NCBI GenBank assembly: GCA_002707645.1 | Contig: PANN01000009.1 | Location: 1,239 to 65,238, forward strand | DNA from: Fidelibacterota bacterium | GTDB taxonomy: Bacteria; Fidelibacterota; Marinisomatia; SCGC-AAA003-L08; D37C17 | Reading direction: 5' to 3' | DNA: 64,000 bases | Part shown: positions 63,897 to 64,000 of the stretch, in pieces | How the letters are laid out: each line of letters opens with the position of its first letter | Position numbering within the stretch: position 1 is the first letter of the stretch | Translations under genes and position numbers: made by a program | The notes under the pieces: model-generated | What the model was told of the DNA's origin: nothing | Seen by the model: the letters and a program-made list of their open reading frames with translations, nothing else | The model's database searches: none

Positions 63897-64000
63897 GAAA
63901 AAATACTTCATATTTTTTATATTAATATTCAGTTGTGATAGCCAAAAATTAAACTGGTTTGAGGGAACATTAGAAGAAGCTTTCGAGTTATCAAATAACA
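63897..64000 (+). CDS. Lipoprotein, 3' end cut by window (possibly thioredoxin-fold family)
   Basis: ATG at 63897, a signal peptide with a lipobox (LIFSC), then WFEGTLEEAFELS. Only 34 codons are visible. Confidence 0.4.

Overview
Visibly AT-rich bacterial chromosomal window, densely coded, using standard code 11 (TAA, TAG and TGA all act as stops). No transposase, integrase, CRISPR array or rRNA was seen, and one tRNA (Glu-UUC) is present. Most of it is housekeeping backbone of a diderm: parAB, then an M23 peptidase, a bactofilin and a complete F1Fo ATP synthase operon in one co-directional string. Also present are secDF, purA, miaA, plsY, hisS, proS, ligA, recO, xth, rnhA, arfB, pabBC, pilT, bolA, lptD, lpxH and an Omp85-type barrel protein. 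The archaeal-type ProRS and the module content suggest an uncultured marine lineage, but I cannot assign taxonomy without a search. The most unusual content is a set of secreted modular proteins. They comprise a TSP3-repeat protein, an S1 protease, an S8 subtilase and an endonuclease I, and all four end in a duplicated dockerin-like Ca-binding segment. There is also a lipoprotein built from short Cys-rich modules with a possible cohesin-like C-terminal domain, translationally coupled to one of the dockerin bearers. This points to a non-cellulosomal cohesin-dockerin surface display system for proteases and a nuclease. Other notable items are a DhaL/FakA-like plus DegV/FakB fusion next to plsY, and a 75-aa internally duplicated basic protein with its own terminator. 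Four conserved genes (recO, proS, a FAD oxidase, lptD) each carry a single lesion. The a-subunit ORF is N-terminally extended, and a 264-nt intergenic region holds two strong hairpins.
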